This document shows positions 10,612-22,400 of a stretch of 64,000 nt of DNA, piece by piece. Numbering within the stretch: the first letter of the stretch is position 1; the number at the start of each line of letters is the position of its first letter. The position numbers were made by a program, and so were the translations under genes. Source of the stretch: Sphingobacteriales bacterium. GTDB lineage: Bacteria > Bacteroidota > Bacteroidia > Sphingobacteriales > Sphingobacteriaceae. Where the stretch lies: assembly GCA_040403555.1 (NCBI GenBank), contig JBBAKN010000004.1, positions 173,495 through 237,494 on the forward strand, read 5' to 3'. Under the pieces are notes generated by a model. It was not told the DNA's origin. It ran no database searches and was given only the letters and a program-made list of their open reading frames with translations.

Positions 10612-12114
10612 TTGTCAACAGCCAGAAAATTTGCTAGCCAAACCGCTATATATGGAATAAGCACCGTGTTTTCTAGGGTGCTTAACTTTTTTTTAACTCC
10701 CATTTATGTGCGGGTATATCCGGTTAAAGCATACGGTATTTTCACCACCATGTACAGTTGGGCCTCTTTGCTCAATGCTCTGCTTTCTTTCGGCATGGAA
10801 ACCACGTTTTTTAGGTATTTAAATAAAGAAGAACACCGAAAAGAGGAGGTTTACCAGAATACGTTTTTCTTCATTTTTAGTTTGGCCGCCTCCTTTGGCT
10901 TATTTGCATTACTTTTTGTGGGCGATATTGCCGCTTGGATGCAACGAGATACAGCGTATAGCAATCCCGATTTCGGCCGCTATGTACAGTACTTTATTTA
11001 TATCTTAATGCTCGATGCATTAAGTGTAATACCATTTGCCAAGCTTAGGGCCGATGGCCGAGCCAAACGATACGGGTTGCTTAAATTCTTAAACGTACTG
11101 GTTTTTGTATCCCTAAACCTCTTTTTTATTTACGGCATTCCACATATTATTCAAAACCAATTGCCAGGTGCTCATTTTCTAGCGTCGTGGTTTAGGCCGG
11201 GTTGGGTAGGGTACGTATTTCTATCTAATTTATTTGCCAGTGCTTTTGTATTAATGCTACTCATTCCCGAATTACTTCAATTAAAACTCCGAATAAATTG
11301 GCGTATGATTGGCCAAATGCTATCCTACAGCTGGCCGGTTCTCATTGCCAATATCTCCTTTATTATCAATGAAAATATTGATAAGATTTTTTTAGGTCGC
11401 CTATTGCCAGAGGCTATTAGCCAACAAGAAGTTGGTATTTATGGCGCTTGCTGCAAGTTGGCCATTTTCTTAAGCATCTTTATTCAGGCTTTTAGGCTAG
11501 GGTCGGAACCTTTCTTTTTTAGCCACGCTAAAAATGCTAATGCCAAAGAAACATATGCCCGAATTATGCATTATTTTGTGTTAGCGGTTTGCATCATCAC
11601 CCTTAGTTTAGTAGCCAATATAGAGCTGCTTAAGTACTTTATTAAAGGTCATGCCGATGAGCAAGCCTTATATTGGTCGGGCTTAAAAATTGTACCTGTA
11701 TTATTGTTTGCTTATGTGTTTTTAGGCGTGTACATGAATTTATCTATTTGGTATAAACTATCCGACCAAACCCGGTATGGCTTATATATTTCGGGAGTAG
11801 GCGCTGCGCTAACCATTGGTCTAAATATTTGGCTCATTCCACACTACAGCTATGTAGCCTCTGCATGGATTACATTACTGGCCTACCTCAGTATGTCGGT
11901 ATTTTCCTATATACTCGGCCAAAAAAATTACCCCATACCTTACCGTTTAAAACGCAATACAGCCTATATTTTGTTGGCTATTGTGCTAGTTTGGCTCTCA
12001 TTTACAGTATTTAACATGAACATTTTTATAGGTAATGGCTTATTGCTAGCCTATATTTTGGTAGTTTATTGGTTCGAGCAAAAAGAAGTAAGGGCAATCT
12101 TAAAACGTGTATAA
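10612..12114 (+). CDS. Polysaccharide biosynthesis protein / MOP-superfamily flippase (Wzx-like)
   Basis: 500 aa and highly hydrophobic, with about 12-14 predicted TM segments. TTG start. It lies upstream of dut, as I recall is common in Bacteroidota. Confidence 0.7.
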   Translation: MSTARKFASQTAIYGISTVFSRVLNFFLTPIYVRVYPVKAYGIFTTMYSWASLLNALLSFGMETTFFRYLNKEEHRKEEVYQNTFFFIFSLAASFGLFALLFVGDIAAWMQRDTAYSNPDFGRYVQYFIYILMLDALSVIPFAKLRADGRAKRYGLLKFLNVLVFVSLNLFFIYGIPHIIQNQLPGAHFLASWFRPGWVGYVFLSNLFASAFVLMLLIPELLQLKLRINWRMIGQMLSYSWPVLIANISFIINENIDKIFLGRLLPEAISQQEVGIYGACCKLAIFLSIFIQAFRLGSEPFFFSHAKNANAKETYARIMHYFVLAVCIITLSLVANIELLKYFIKGHADEQALYWSGLKIVPVLLFAYVFLGVYMNLSIWYKLSDQTRYGLYISGVGAALTIGLNIWLIPHYSYVASAWITLLAYLSMSVFSYILGQKNYPIPYRLKRNTAYILLAIVLVWLSFTVFNMNIFIGNGLLLAYILVVYWFEQKEVRAILKRV

Positions 12115-12117
12115 GCA

Positions 12118-12552
12118 ATGACGATTAACATTATCAATACCTCTACAAATCCGCTACCTATCTACGAAACTTCCGCTTCTGCCGGTATGGATCTACGAGC
12201 TAACCTAGCACAAGAAGTGGTACTAAAACCCATGGATCGTTTATTAATTCCAACGGGCTTATTTATGGAAATTCCTTTAGGTTTTGAAGCCCAAATAAGA
12301 CCCAGAAGTGGTTTGGCATTTAAACACGGCATTACCGTTTTAAATAGTCCCGGAACTATAGATGCCGACTATCGGGGTGAGCTTAAAATTTTATTAATTA
12401 ATTTCTCTGCAAGCGATTTTACCATTCAGCATGGCGATAGAATTGCTCAACTGATTATTGCTAAACACGAAACAGTTGCTTGGTGCGAAGTGAAAGAGCT
12501 AGGTGCTACTACCCGAGGTATCGGTGGTTATGGCCATACTGGTGTTTCTTAA
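12118..12552 (+). CDS. dut: dUTP diphosphatase
   Basis: 144 aa. Contains [37 protein letters not shown] and the C-terminal [10 protein letters not shown]. Confidence 0.95.
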   Translation: MTINIINTSTNPLPIYETSASAGMDLRANLAQEVVLKPMDRLLIPTGLFMEIPLGFEAQIRPRSGLAFKHGITVLNSPGTIDADYRGELKILLINFSASDFTIQHGDRIAQLIIAKHETVAWCEVKELGATTRGIGGYGHTGVS

Positions 12553-12577
12553 TTTATTTTTTCAGACATTTGTGCCC

Positions 12578-13363
12578 ATGATTCTTCGCCCATATCATTT
12601 GACCTTGCTGTTTTTATGTAGTGTATTGCTACTTAGTTTAGCCGGATGTTCGGCAAGAAAAAAAGCAATTGATGTAGATAAACTGGCAATTCAGCGCAGC
12701 AATGCTGAAAAGTTAGCGGCCATTGAACAAACTCTAGTACGTTTTGATAGGTTATCTATAAAGTCGAAGGCTAGCATAAGTTTAGACGGCAACTCGAACG
12801 ATGTAAGTGTAGCCATCAAAATAGAGAACGATAAAAAAATATGGATTTCGGTAACTGCCATAGCCGGTCTAGAAGTTGCTCGGATGCTCATCACACCTGA
12901 TAGCATTAAAATTATCAATCGTTTAGAGAGTGTTTACATAAAAAAACCGTTCAGTTATATACACGATTATACCAATCCTCAAGTGAATTTCGGCACGCTA
13001 CAAGCCATGCTGGTAGGCAATATATGGCCCGAAATTTTTAAACAAACACATGAAATAAGCACCAAAGATTCCCTGGTACAGCTACTAGGTAATCTGAGCA
13101 GCATTCAATACGACATTCGGTTTAACGAAGCCTTGAAAATGAAAAACTTACACTTGCTAGACGCTTCAGCTAAGCAAGAATTACAGGTTGGTTATACTGA
13201 TTTTTGGGATGAAGGTGGACAATTACTACCACATGTACTTAAGTTAAGTTCGTTGGTGGGCGCTAAATCGGTTCAGGCAGAATTGAAATATACCAAAATA
13301 GAAAAAGATACCCCGTTGGATTTTCCATTTAATGTTCCCAAACGATTTTCAGTAAAAAACTAA
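12578..13363 (+). CDS. DUF4292-like (LolB-fold) lipoprotein
   Basis: ATG at 12578; the track ORF starts earlier, inside dut. The signal peptide has a lipobox, LLLSLAGCS. The sequence and its dut-adjacent position fit the DUF4292 family as I remember it. Confidence 0.6.
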   Translation: MILRPYHLTLLFLCSVLLLSLAGCSARKKAIDVDKLAIQRSNAEKLAAIEQTLVRFDRLSIKSKASISLDGNSNDVSVAIKIENDKKIWISVTAIAGLEVARMLITPDSIKIINRLESVYIKKPFSYIHDYTNPQVNFGTLQAMLVGNIWPEIFKQTHEISTKDSLVQLLGNLSSIQYDIRFNEALKMKNLHLLDASAKQELQVGYTDFWDEGGQLLPHVLKLSSLVGAKSVQAELKYTKIEKDTPLDFPFNVPKRFSVKN

Positions 13364-13382
13364 TTTTAAATACATTTGCGGC

Positions 13383-14645
13383 ATGAAAAGGTTTTTTTAT
13401 CTCTTGTTTTTCTTTTGTGTGATTTTAGGTATGCAGGCGCATGCACAAAGCAGTACCGACCTGAAGCGTAAAAAAGAGGCACTAACCAGAGAGATTGAAG
13501 AATTAAACCGTACGCTGAATAAGACCTCATCAAGCAAGAAATTATCTTTAAAGCAAATACGAGACTTAAATTCCAAAATTAGGCTCCGCGAACAAAAAAT
13601 TAATACGATCAATTCTGAGATTAATCTATTGGATAATCAGATTAACCAAAACACAAAAACCGTTATTAACCTACAATCGCAACTAAATCAGCTTAAGAAA
13701 GAATATGCTGGAATGCTACGTTTCGAGCAACGAAACCAAAGTGCATACAGCAAGTTGATGTTTGTATTTGCAGCCGATAACTTTAATCAGGCCTATAAGC
13801 GCTTGAAATATTTGCAGCAGTTTACACAATACCGTAAAAAACAGGCAAATTATATTCAAGGCACGCAGCACGAGTTAAATGTAAAAATTGTGGCTCTCGA
13901 TCAAAATAAGGAGGAAAAAACCAGTCTCTTAAATGATCAACAAAAAGAAAAACAAACCCTAGGAAAAGAAAAAAACAGCCAAACCAAGGTACTAAGTGGT
14001 TTAACCAAGCAAGAAAAACAGCTTAAGCAAGAGTTGAGTAAAAAACAGCGGGAATCCATTCAGTTAAACAGAGCCTTGCAAGCAGCCGTTGCTCGTGAAA
14101 TTGAGGCCGAACGTAAAAAAGCAGAAGCTGCAGCAAAAGTAGATGCAGATAAAGCGAAATCGGAAAACAGAACAGCCACAACCAAGCCGGTGGCAAAAGG
14201 CTCGAGTATTTTATCGGCAACCCCCGAATCGGCCAAACTATCATCCGACTTTTTAGATAATAGAGGCCGTTTACCTTGGCCTGTAGCCAATGGTACCATT
14301 ACTGAGGGATTTGGAACCCATAGTTATGGCGAAAATGTAACCATATCTAATAACGGAGTAGATATTCGTACCAATCCTGGAGCAACTGTACGAGCCGTAT
14401 TTTCTGGAGAAGTGCGTAGGGTTTTTAGTGTTGGCGCCACCTTTGCGGTAATGATACGTCATGGAGAATATTTTACCATTTACTCTAACCTAAAATCTAC
14501 AAGTGTAGCGGCCGGACAAAAAGTTTCGGTGAAACAGAGCCTGGGTGTGGTAGCTACCGACCCAAGCGATGATAGCACCGAAGTACACTTTGAATTGTGG
14601 AAAGGGGGCAGCCCATTGAACCCTGCTGGCTGGTTAGCGAATTAA
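13383..14645 (+). CDS. M23 (LytM) peptidase with a long N-terminal coiled coil, EnvC-like murein hydrolase activator
   Basis: Signal peptide, then a K/Q/E/L-rich coiled coil spanning aa ~25-250. The C-terminal LytM domain contains GVDIRTNPGATVRAVFSGEV, HGEYFTIYSNL and VHFELW. Confidence 0.8.
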   Translation: MKRFFYLLFFFCVILGMQAHAQSSTDLKRKKEALTREIEELNRTLNKTSSSKKLSLKQIRDLNSKIRLREQKINTINSEINLLDNQINQNTKTVINLQSQLNQLKKEYAGMLRFEQRNQSAYSKLMFVFAADNFNQAYKRLKYLQQFTQYRKKQANYIQGTQHELNVKIVALDQNKEEKTSLLNDQQKEKQTLGKEKNSQTKVLSGLTKQEKQLKQELSKKQRESIQLNRALQAAVAREIEAERKKAEAAAKVDADKAKSENRTATTKPVAKGSSILSATPESAKLSSDFLDNRGRLPWPVANGTITEGFGTHSYGENVTISNNGVDIRTNPGATVRAVFSGEVRRVFSVGATFAVMIRHGEYFTIYSNLKSTSVAAGQKVSVKQSLGVVATDPSDDSTEVHFELWKGGSPLNPAGWLAN

Positions 14646-14674
14646 ATTTAACATATCGCCGGTAAAAAATGTCG

Positions 14675-14682
14675 TATATTTG
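14675..14682 (+). promoter_or_regulatory. Candidate Bacteroidota -7 promoter box (TAtaTTTG) for tatA
   Basis: Exact match to TAnnTTTG, 19 nt upstream of the tatA start. Confidence 0.35.
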
Positions 14683-14700
14683 CATACTAATAATTAGCAT

Positions 14701-14979
14701 TTGAGCGGAAACCTAATCCTTTTCTTAAACATTGGTACTCCAGAAATGTTGTTTATCTTGCTAGCAGCACTTTTGTTGTTTGGTGGCGATAAATTACCAG
14801 AAGTTGCTCGTGGATTAGGTAAAGGTATTCGCCAGTTTCAAGACGCATCTGAAGAAGTAAAACGGGAAATTCATAAAAATATAAACGAGGTGAAGGCCAA
14901 TATAGAGGAATCTATAGAACAGGAAACTCCGGTCGACCAAACGCCTCCAATAGAAAAAGATTCATCATCCTTAAAATAG
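14701..14979 (+). CDS. tatA: Twin-arginine translocase subunit TatA/E, copy 1 (long acidic tail)
   Basis: Contains [41 protein letters not shown] start. Confidence 0.8.
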   Translation: MSGNLILFLNIGTPEMLFILLAALLLFGGDKLPEVARGLGKGIRQFQDASEEVKREIHKNINEVKANIEESIEQETPVDQTPPIEKDSSSLK

Positions 14980-14984
14980 AAATT

Positions 14985-15170
14985 ATGTTAAATTTTATAG
15001 TATTAGGCCTATTAGGTACCCCAGAAATTTTAGCCATTTTGGTAGTTGTATTGCTCATTTTTGGTGGTAGAAAAATTCCAGAATTAATGCGTGGCTTAGG
15101 TAAAGGCGTCAAAGAATTTAAAGACGCTAAAGATGGCAAAAACGACTCTAACGACGTCGAGAAAAAATAA
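14985..15170 (+). CDS. tatA: Twin-arginine translocase subunit TatA/E, copy 2
   Basis: Contains [38 protein letters not shown]. 61 aa. Confidence 0.85.
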   Translation: MLNFIVLGLLGTPEILAILVVVLLIFGGRKIPELMRGLGKGVKEFKDAKDGKNDSNDVEKK

Positions 15171-15247
15171 GCCTCCGGAATTTCCGTTTAAACCATTCAT
15201 TTCTGTGTGGGGTTTGTCCTTTTGCACAGTCATTTTATTTGGCTAGC

Positions 15248-16396
15248 ATGAAAACTAAAGCATTGCTTTCTGTTTTGTTGTTATTGCAGATAGTTTTACA
15301 ATCTGTATATGCCACCGCTGTGCCAAGTAAACCGAGTCTATTGCCCGATTCGCTATCCGAATTCAGTGCTTCCAATCATCAGGTGCATTTAGAAAAAAAT
15401 GCAGGTAGTGATAGTGTACAGCAAGTAGTTCCTAAATCCTTTAATTTGGCGGTTACGCAATACATTGAGGCTTTAACAAAACGCAAAGAACAAGTAGGTA
15501 AAATGTTAGGTTTATCTAACTATTACTTCCCGGTTTACGAAAAAGTATTTAAAGAATTCGGCCTGCCCGAAGAATTGAAATTCTTGTCAGTAGTAGAATC
15601 GGCCCTAAACCCTAATGCAGTTTCTAGAGTGGGCGCAACTGGCCCTTGGCAATTTATGTTTGGTACGGCCAAAGCCTATGGGCTTACTATAAACAAAGAT
15701 GTAGACGAACGGAAAGACCCCGTACAGGCTAGTAAAGCCGCTGCAGCCTATTTAAAAGATGCCTTTGCCCAATTCGATGATTGGTTATTGGCCATTGCTT
15801 CGTATAACTGTGGTAAAGGCGCTGTAGCCAGAGCCATTGTAAAAGCAGGTGGTAAGGCCGATTTTTGGGCCATTAGCCCGTATCTGCCTGCTGAAACACG
15901 CAATTACGTGCCCAAGTTTATTGCTACGGCCTATATCATGAGCAATTACCAAAATTATGGTATTAGTCCATTATCGCCAGGTTTTAATACCCTTACCGAT
16001 GTGTTTGATGTGGTAAAACCTGTTTCCTTGGCTGCCGTTGCACGAGCTACCGGAATTGATTTGCAAGAGCTTATTTTGTTAAATCCATCCTATAAAAAAT
16101 TAATGGTAAAAGGGTCGCCAACCGCTCCAAAATCGGTGGTTATTCCCACCCAAAACCAACCGGACTATGCCGCCCTGTATCAAGTGCTTAATGGCACTGC
16201 TATTGGAGTAGCTGTAGTAGCTCCGCAAGCTAGTACTAGTACCAAGGTCATCTATTACACCGTAAAACGTGGCGATAATTTAAGTGGTATTGCAAAAAAA
16301 TATGTAGGTCTTAGCGCCTCACAGCTAAAATCTTGGAATAAATTACACAGCTCTATCCTAAAAGTGGGTATGCGCTTAAAAATCTTTCAACGATAA
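15248..16396 (+). CDS. Lytic transglycosylase (SLT domain) with a C-terminal LysM domain, MltD-like
   Basis: ATG at 15248; the track TTG is at 15239. Signal peptide present. The SLT motif is SVVESALNPNAVSRVGATGPWQFM...YNCG. The C-terminal LysM is YYTVKRGDNLSGIAKKY...LKVGMRLKI. Confidence 0.8.
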   Translation: MKTKALLSVLLLLQIVLQSVYATAVPSKPSLLPDSLSEFSASNHQVHLEKNAGSDSVQQVVPKSFNLAVTQYIEALTKRKEQVGKMLGLSNYYFPVYEKVFKEFGLPEELKFLSVVESALNPNAVSRVGATGPWQFMFGTAKAYGLTINKDVDERKDPVQASKAAAAYLKDAFAQFDDWLLAIASYNCGKGAVARAIVKAGGKADFWAISPYLPAETRNYVPKFIATAYIMSNYQNYGISPLSPGFNTLTDVFDVVKPVSLAAVARATGIDLQELILLNPSYKKLMVKGSPTAPKSVVIPTQNQPDYAALYQVLNGTAIGVAVVAPQASTSTKVIYYTVKRGDNLSGIAKKYVGLSASQLKSWNKLHSSILKVGMRLKIFQR

Positions 16397-16434
16397 TATC
16401 CGTTGTTTTTTGGCGCCTGTATGGCTAAAAATCG

Positions 16435-16442
16435 TAATTTTG
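16435..16442 (+). promoter_or_regulatory. Candidate -7 promoter box (TAatTTTG) for maeB
   Basis: Exact TAnnTTTG match, 24 nt upstream of the ATG at 16466. Confidence 0.35.
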
Positions 16443-16465
16443 ACAACCAATCATAAGTTTCTCCT

Positions 16466-18787
16466 ATGAGTAAAATAAACCGAAAACAAGATGCACTAGA
16501 CTACCACTCACAGGGTCGTCCAGGAAAAATTGAAGTGGTTGCTACCAAACCTACCAATTCGCAAAGAGATTTAGCCTTGGCCTATTCGCCAGGAGTAGCT
16601 GAACCTTGTTTAAAAATTGCCGAAAATAAAGAAGACGTGTACAAATACACCGCTAAAGGAAACTTAGTGGCCGTAATTAGCAACGGAACTGCGGTATTAG
16701 GCTTAGGAAATATTGGTCCAGAAGCCGGTAAGCCGGTTATGGAGGGTAAGGGAATTTTATTTAAAATTTTTGCTGATATTGATGTATTTGATTTAGAGTT
16801 GGATTGCACCAATGTGGACGATTTTGTAAAAATTGTAAAAGCCCTAGAGCCCACTTTTGGGGGGGTTAATTTAGAAGATATTAAGGCTCCTGAATGTTTC
16901 GAGATTGAGCGTAGGTTAAAAGAGGAATTGAACATTCCGGTTATGCACGATGATCAGCATGGTACCGCTATCATTTCATCGGCAGCCTTATTAAATGCCT
17001 GTGAAATTCAGAAGAAAAAAATTGATAAGGTTAAAATTGTGGTTAATGGAGCCGGTGCCGCAGCTATCTCTTGCTCACGTTTATACATGAGCATGGGTGC
17101 CAAAAGAGAAAATATTGTGATGGTAGATAGAACGGGAGTTATTAACCAATCCCGAGAAAACTTAGATCCAACCAAAGCAGAGTTTGCCACCACCCGTAAA
17201 CTAAATACTTTAGCCGAGGCTATTAAAGATGCGGATGTATTCATTGGTTTATCTTCATCTGATGTTTTAACTGCCGACATGCTAAAAAGCATGGCCAAAA
17301 ACCCAATCGTGTTTGCTATGGCCAACCCAGATCCGGAGATTGATTATAATTTAGCTATTAAAACTCGTAAAGATGTGTTAATGGCTACCGGCCGTTCAGA
17401 TTATCCGAACCAAGTAAACAATGTTTTGGGGTTTCCCTATATTTTCCGTGGAGCTTTAGATGTACGAGCAACCACCATTAACGAGGCCATGAAAATTGCC
17501 GCTGTTAAAGCCATTGCCGATTTGGCCAAAAAACCAGTACCCGAAGCCGTAAACTTAGCATACAATACCAAAAACCTAAAATTTGGTAAAGATTACATCA
17601 TTCCTAAACCATTAGATTTTAGATTAATTACCGCCGTATCTCCGGCTGTTGCTCAGGCCGCCATGGACTCGGGAGTGGCAAAATATACCATTACCGATTG
17701 GGATGCGTACAGAGAAGACCTTAAGCTCCGTTTGGGTATGGACGATGCCTTATTGCGTGCCATATCTAATAAAGCTAAATTAGATCCTAAACGAGTAGTA
17801 TTTGCCGAAGCCGATAATTACAAGATTTTAAAAGCAGCTCAAATTGTAAATGATGATGGCGTAGCTACACCCATATTATTAGGAGATAAGCAAAAAATAT
17901 TGGAACTTATTGAAGCCAACGAATTGGATATGGAAGGTGTTACCATCATCGATCCGGCAGAAGAAACAGCCAAGACAGACCTCTATGCAGAGTATCTTTA
18001 TCAAAAACGTCAACGTAAAGGTATAACCCTGTATGAGGCTAAAAAATTATTACGTGACCGCAACTACTTTGGCGCCTGTATGGTACAATTTGGTGAAGCA
18101 GATGCTTTAATTTCCGGTCTAACCAAAAATTATATTCAAACTATCCGCCCAGCATTGCAAGTTATTGGTACCGAGCCGGGCGTAAATAAAGTTGCCGGTA
18201 TGTATATGATGCTAACCGAAAAGGGTCCTGTATTTTTTGGAGACACTACTGTCAATGTAAATCCTACGTTGAATGAGTTGGTTGATTTGACTGTACTTAT
18301 TGATCGTTCTGTAAAGAAATTTAATATACAACCTCGTATTGCCATGTTATCGTATTCTAATTTTGGCTCAAACGAAGGAGAGGTGCCCGATAAGACAAGA
18401 GAAGCAGTTCGTTTATTGCATCAAAACCACCCAGATATATTGGTAGATGGCGATATGCAAGCAAATTTTGCCATGAACCCAGCCTTATTGAAAGATAATT
18501 TTTCGTTTAGCACTTTAAATGGCCAAGCGGCTAATACACTGGTATTTCCTAACCTTGCCTCGGGTAATATTGCCTATAAATTAATTCAAGAATTAGCCGG
18601 CGCCGAAGCTATTGGCCCTATTTTATTGGGTATGAATAAGCCGGTACATATTCTGCAATTAGGCAGTTCGATACGGGAAATTGTGAATATGGTAACCATA
18701 GCCGTAGTAGACGCCCAGTCAAAAGCTGAAACCGGTATTATAGCGAAATCAAAGAATTTGTTTAATCGAATTAGAAAAAGCAATTAA
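16466..18787 (+). CDS. maeB: NADP-dependent malic enzyme (malic enzyme domain + PTA-like domain)
   Basis: 773 aa. The N-terminal half is malic enzyme ([47 protein letters not shown]). The C-terminal ~330 aa is phosphate acetyltransferase-like. Confidence 0.9.
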   Translation: MSKINRKQDALDYHSQGRPGKIEVVATKPTNSQRDLALAYSPGVAEPCLKIAENKEDVYKYTAKGNLVAVISNGTAVLGLGNIGPEAGKPVMEGKGILFKIFADIDVFDLELDCTNVDDFVKIVKALEPTFGGVNLEDIKAPECFEIERRLKEELNIPVMHDDQHGTAIISSAALLNACEIQKKKIDKVKIVVNGAGAAAISCSRLYMSMGAKRENIVMVDRTGVINQSRENLDPTKAEFATTRKLNTLAEAIKDADVFIGLSSSDVLTADMLKSMAKNPIVFAMANPDPEIDYNLAIKTRKDVLMATGRSDYPNQVNNVLGFPYIFRGALDVRATTINEAMKIAAVKAIADLAKKPVPEAVNLAYNTKNLKFGKDYIIPKPLDFRLITAVSPAVAQAAMDSGVAKYTITDWDAYREDLKLRLGMDDALLRAISNKAKLDPKRVVFAEADNYKILKAAQIVNDDGVATPILLGDKQKILELIEANELDMEGVTIIDPAEETAKTDLYAEYLYQKRQRKGITLYEAKKLLRDRNYFGACMVQFGEADALISGLTKNYIQTIRPALQVIGTEPGVNKVAGMYMMLTEKGPVFFGDTTVNVNPTLNELVDLTVLIDRSVKKFNIQPRIAMLSYSNFGSNEGEVPDKTREAVRLLHQNHPDILVDGDMQANFAMNPALLKDNFSFSTLNGQAANTLVFPNLASGNIAYKLIQELAGAEAIGPILLGMNKPVHILQLGSSIREIVNMVTIAVVDAQSKAETGIIAKSKNLFNRIRKSN

Positions 18788-18792
18788 GGAAT

Positions 18793-19377
18793 ATGTACGC
18801 CTATATAGATGGAAAATTAAGTGTGAAGTGCCCTACCTATGTAGTTATAGAGGCTGGCGGTGTAGGGTATCATATCAACATTTCGCTGCACACCTATTCT
18901 TTATTGCCCAAGCAAGAGCGTTGTAAATTATACACCTGGTTGCATGTAAAAGAAGATGCACATACACTTTATGGGTTTATTGAAGAAGGTGAACGAAAGT
19001 TATTTTTGCATCTAATTTCGGTATCTGGTATTGGTCCCAATACTGGCCGTATGATGCTTTCATCTATTACACCACAAGAAATTCAGCAGGCTATTGTAAA
19101 GGGTGATGTACCTTTAATTCAACGTATAAAGGGTATCGGGCCAAAATCTGCTCAACGGTTAATTCTCGAATTGCAAGATAAATTAAAAAAAGAGGGCCCC
19201 GATTCGCTCATTTCTATACCGCAAAACTATACTATCAGAGATGAAGCACTTTCTGCTTTGGTGATGTTGGGTTTCCCTAAAATCAATGCAGAAAAGGCCC
19301 TAGATCAAGCAATAAGTGGCTCAAACGAAAGTTTATCTGTAGAGCAATTGATAAAAATTGCGCTAAAAAGCTTATAA
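18793..19377 (+). CDS. ruvA: Holliday junction branch migration complex subunit RuvA
   Basis: Contains MYAYIDGKL...GVGYHINISLHTY, and the HhH motifs LISVSGIGPNTGRMMLS and IKGIGPKSAQRLILEL. Confidence 0.92.
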   Translation: MYAYIDGKLSVKCPTYVVIEAGGVGYHINISLHTYSLLPKQERCKLYTWLHVKEDAHTLYGFIEEGERKLFLHLISVSGIGPNTGRMMLSSITPQEIQQAIVKGDVPLIQRIKGIGPKSAQRLILELQDKLKKEGPDSLISIPQNYTIRDEALSALVMLGFPKINAEKALDQAISGSNESLSVEQLIKIALKSL

Positions 19378-19404
19378 TTACCTAACCTTTTACTAAAAAA
19401 AGCC

Positions 19405-22400
19405 TTGAGGAAAACCACCTACGTTTTCTTATTTTTTTTAAGTGGAGTTCTATTTGGAATTTCGCAACAAGTTTTTGCGCAAGGAAAGGCCCCCATTAGT
19501 TCTGATAGTTTAACATTACGTTACCCCATTAAGGATTCTAAATCCTTAGTTTTTGGAAGATCTTTTGGACTATCACTGCCCAATCCATCTAATATTAAAC
19601 GCTCGGTAGTATTCAATCCATTAACCAAGCAATACACCATTCAGGATAACATAGGCAGCCAATTTTTTAGAAATCCATATTACTTATCTATACCGGAATA
19701 TCAACGCTTCGAAAATAAACAACTACTAAAAAACACCTGGCGTGATTTGGCCGACCAATCGGTTTCAGCTGCTAGGCAACCGGGGTTTATCCCGCCGGTT
19801 AAAATTAACAGCCGCTCTTTTGAACGCCTCTTTGGTGGCTCGACCATTGAAATTATACCCCAAGGATCGGCGGAGCTAACCTTTGCCGGCCGAATTAATA
19901 AAAACGAAAATCCGTTATTTAACGAACGGCAACGTAAGCAAGGTAATTTTGATTTTAACCAACGTATTCAAATGAATTTGGTGGGCCAGGTAGGTGAAAA
20001 ATTAAAAATAAGCACCAATTACAATACCGAAGCCCAATTCGATTTTGAGAATCAGGTTAAACTAGATTATACAGGTAAGGAAGACGAAATTGTACGTAAG
20101 GTGGAAGCCGGAAATGTGAGTTTACCGCTTAGTTCATCGTTAATAACCGGCAGCCAAGCCCTATTTGGCTTAAAAACACAATTGCAATTTGGTAAATTGG
20201 GGGTAACCAGTATTTTTTCCCAACAAAAATCGCAATCGAAGGAAATTACCATTACCAATGGAGCGCAGCAAAACGAATTTAGGTTGCTTGCTGATAGTTA
20301 CGAAGCCAACAAGCATTATTTTTTAAGCCAATTTTTTCGCAACCAATATAATTTAGCCTTAAAAAAGCTGCCAATAATTAGCAGCAACATCAACATTACT
20401 AAAATAGAGGTTTGGGTAACCAATAGAGTGGGTACCACTACCGATTCGAGAGATGTGTTGGCATTTATGGATTTAGGAGAAAATAGTCCATACAACCAGG
20501 CACAAATTCAAGGGGGTGTAGCATATTCTTCTTACCCGGCGGGTTTTAGTGGCCCCGGTTTTGCGCAACAATCTAACAATTTATTGCAGACACTGCCGCT
20601 TGGAGCCCGCTTAACCAATTCGAATGCTATTAACGTGTATTTTCAGGCAAATGGCGCTACCGATAATTTTGCTAAACTTACCTATGCCCGCAAGCTAACA
20701 GATAAGGAATATGCCATCAGCCCGCAATTGGGCTATATTTCTTTAAACACGCCGCTTAATGCCGATGAAGTATTGGCGGTGGCATACCGCTATACAGTGA
20801 ATGGTACAGAGTATCAGGTAGGAGAATTTTCCGCCGATTTGCCTGTAAATAATGAGATTCCGGAGGTGTTGTATGTAAAATTGCTTAAAAACGAAACGCT
20901 TAAAACCAATTTACCAACTTGGGATTTGATGATGAAAAACATCTATTCCTTGGGAGCATATCAAGTATCCTCTTCCGATTTTCGCTTAAATATTTTCCGT
21001 TTAGATGAGCAATCGGGAGTAGAAAAACCTCAAATGACCGAGGGACAAAATACCAATGGCAAGTTGTGGTTACAACTCACTAATTTGGATAATATCAACC
21101 AGCAAAACGATCGAAAGCCCGATGGCTTTTTCGATTTTATTCAAGGCATCACCATTGATGCCTTAAATGGCCGCATTACTTTCCCTACGGTAGAGCCCTT
21201 TGGTGCCGATTTAGCAGCTCAATTTACCCCTGCCGAAGCCGCTTTGGCTGCAAAATATGTGTACCAACCTTTATATGATTTAACCAAAGCCGATGCTCAG
21301 CAGCTTTACCCACAATTAAATAGGTACATCCTAAAAGGGACCTACCAATCGCAAGTAAGTTCGGAGTTTCAACTCAATGCCATAAACATTCCCGAAGGTT
21401 CGGTGCAGGTAATCGCCGGTACCATACCTTTGCAAGAAGGCGTAGATTTTACCATTGATTACAATATTGGCCGAGTGCGAATTTTAAATCAAGCGCTTTT
21501 AAATTCTGGGCAATCTATTCGCATTAAATTAGAAAATAGCGAACTTTTTGGTATGCAACAACGTTCGTTATTTGGCACTCGGTTTGACTATAGGGCCAAT
21601 AAAAAACTGAACCTCGGTGCTACCTTACTAAATTTAACCGAGCGGCCGCTAACACCAAAGGTAAACATTGGCGACGAGCCTATATCCAATACCATTTGGG
21701 GTTTAGATATGAATTACCAATCGGATTCGCGGTGGCTTACCCGCATGGTAGATAAAATCCCATTCATTTCTACAAAAGAAAAATCAAGTATTACTTTTTC
21801 TGGCGAATTCGCCAAGTTTATTCCCGGCCACCCTAGTGCACTTAACTTTGCCGGGACTAAAAACGGCTCTAGTTATTTAGACGATTTTGAAGCCACCCGG
21901 TCGTTAATTGATTTAAAGAGTGCTATTACTTGGCAAATATCGGGCACGCCACAACTGTTCCCCGAATCGCAGCAGTTTAACAATTTAACATATGGCTTTA
22001 ACAGAGCCCGAATAGCCTTCTATAACATTGACCCTATTTTTTATAATCGGAGTGGTAGTGGCACCCCAGCTGATGTAAAGTTGAATGCCAATGAATTATC
22101 CAATCATTATAGTAGAGAAGTATTAGAAAAAGAAGTATTTCCCTTTAAAGATTCTCCCACCGGGCAGCCCTTGTTTTTACCTACACTCAATATGGCTTTC
22201 TATCCAAACGAACGTGGCCCCTATAATTACACCAACGCCGGATTAAATGGGGATGGAAAACTACTTAACCCCAAAACCAGATGGGGTGGTATGTTCCGTA
22301 AATTAGAGAGCAACGATTTTGAAGCCCTTAATATTGAATTTGTAGAATTATGGATGTTAGATCCATTTCTGTATAAACCCAATGCCGAAGGTGGCGATTT

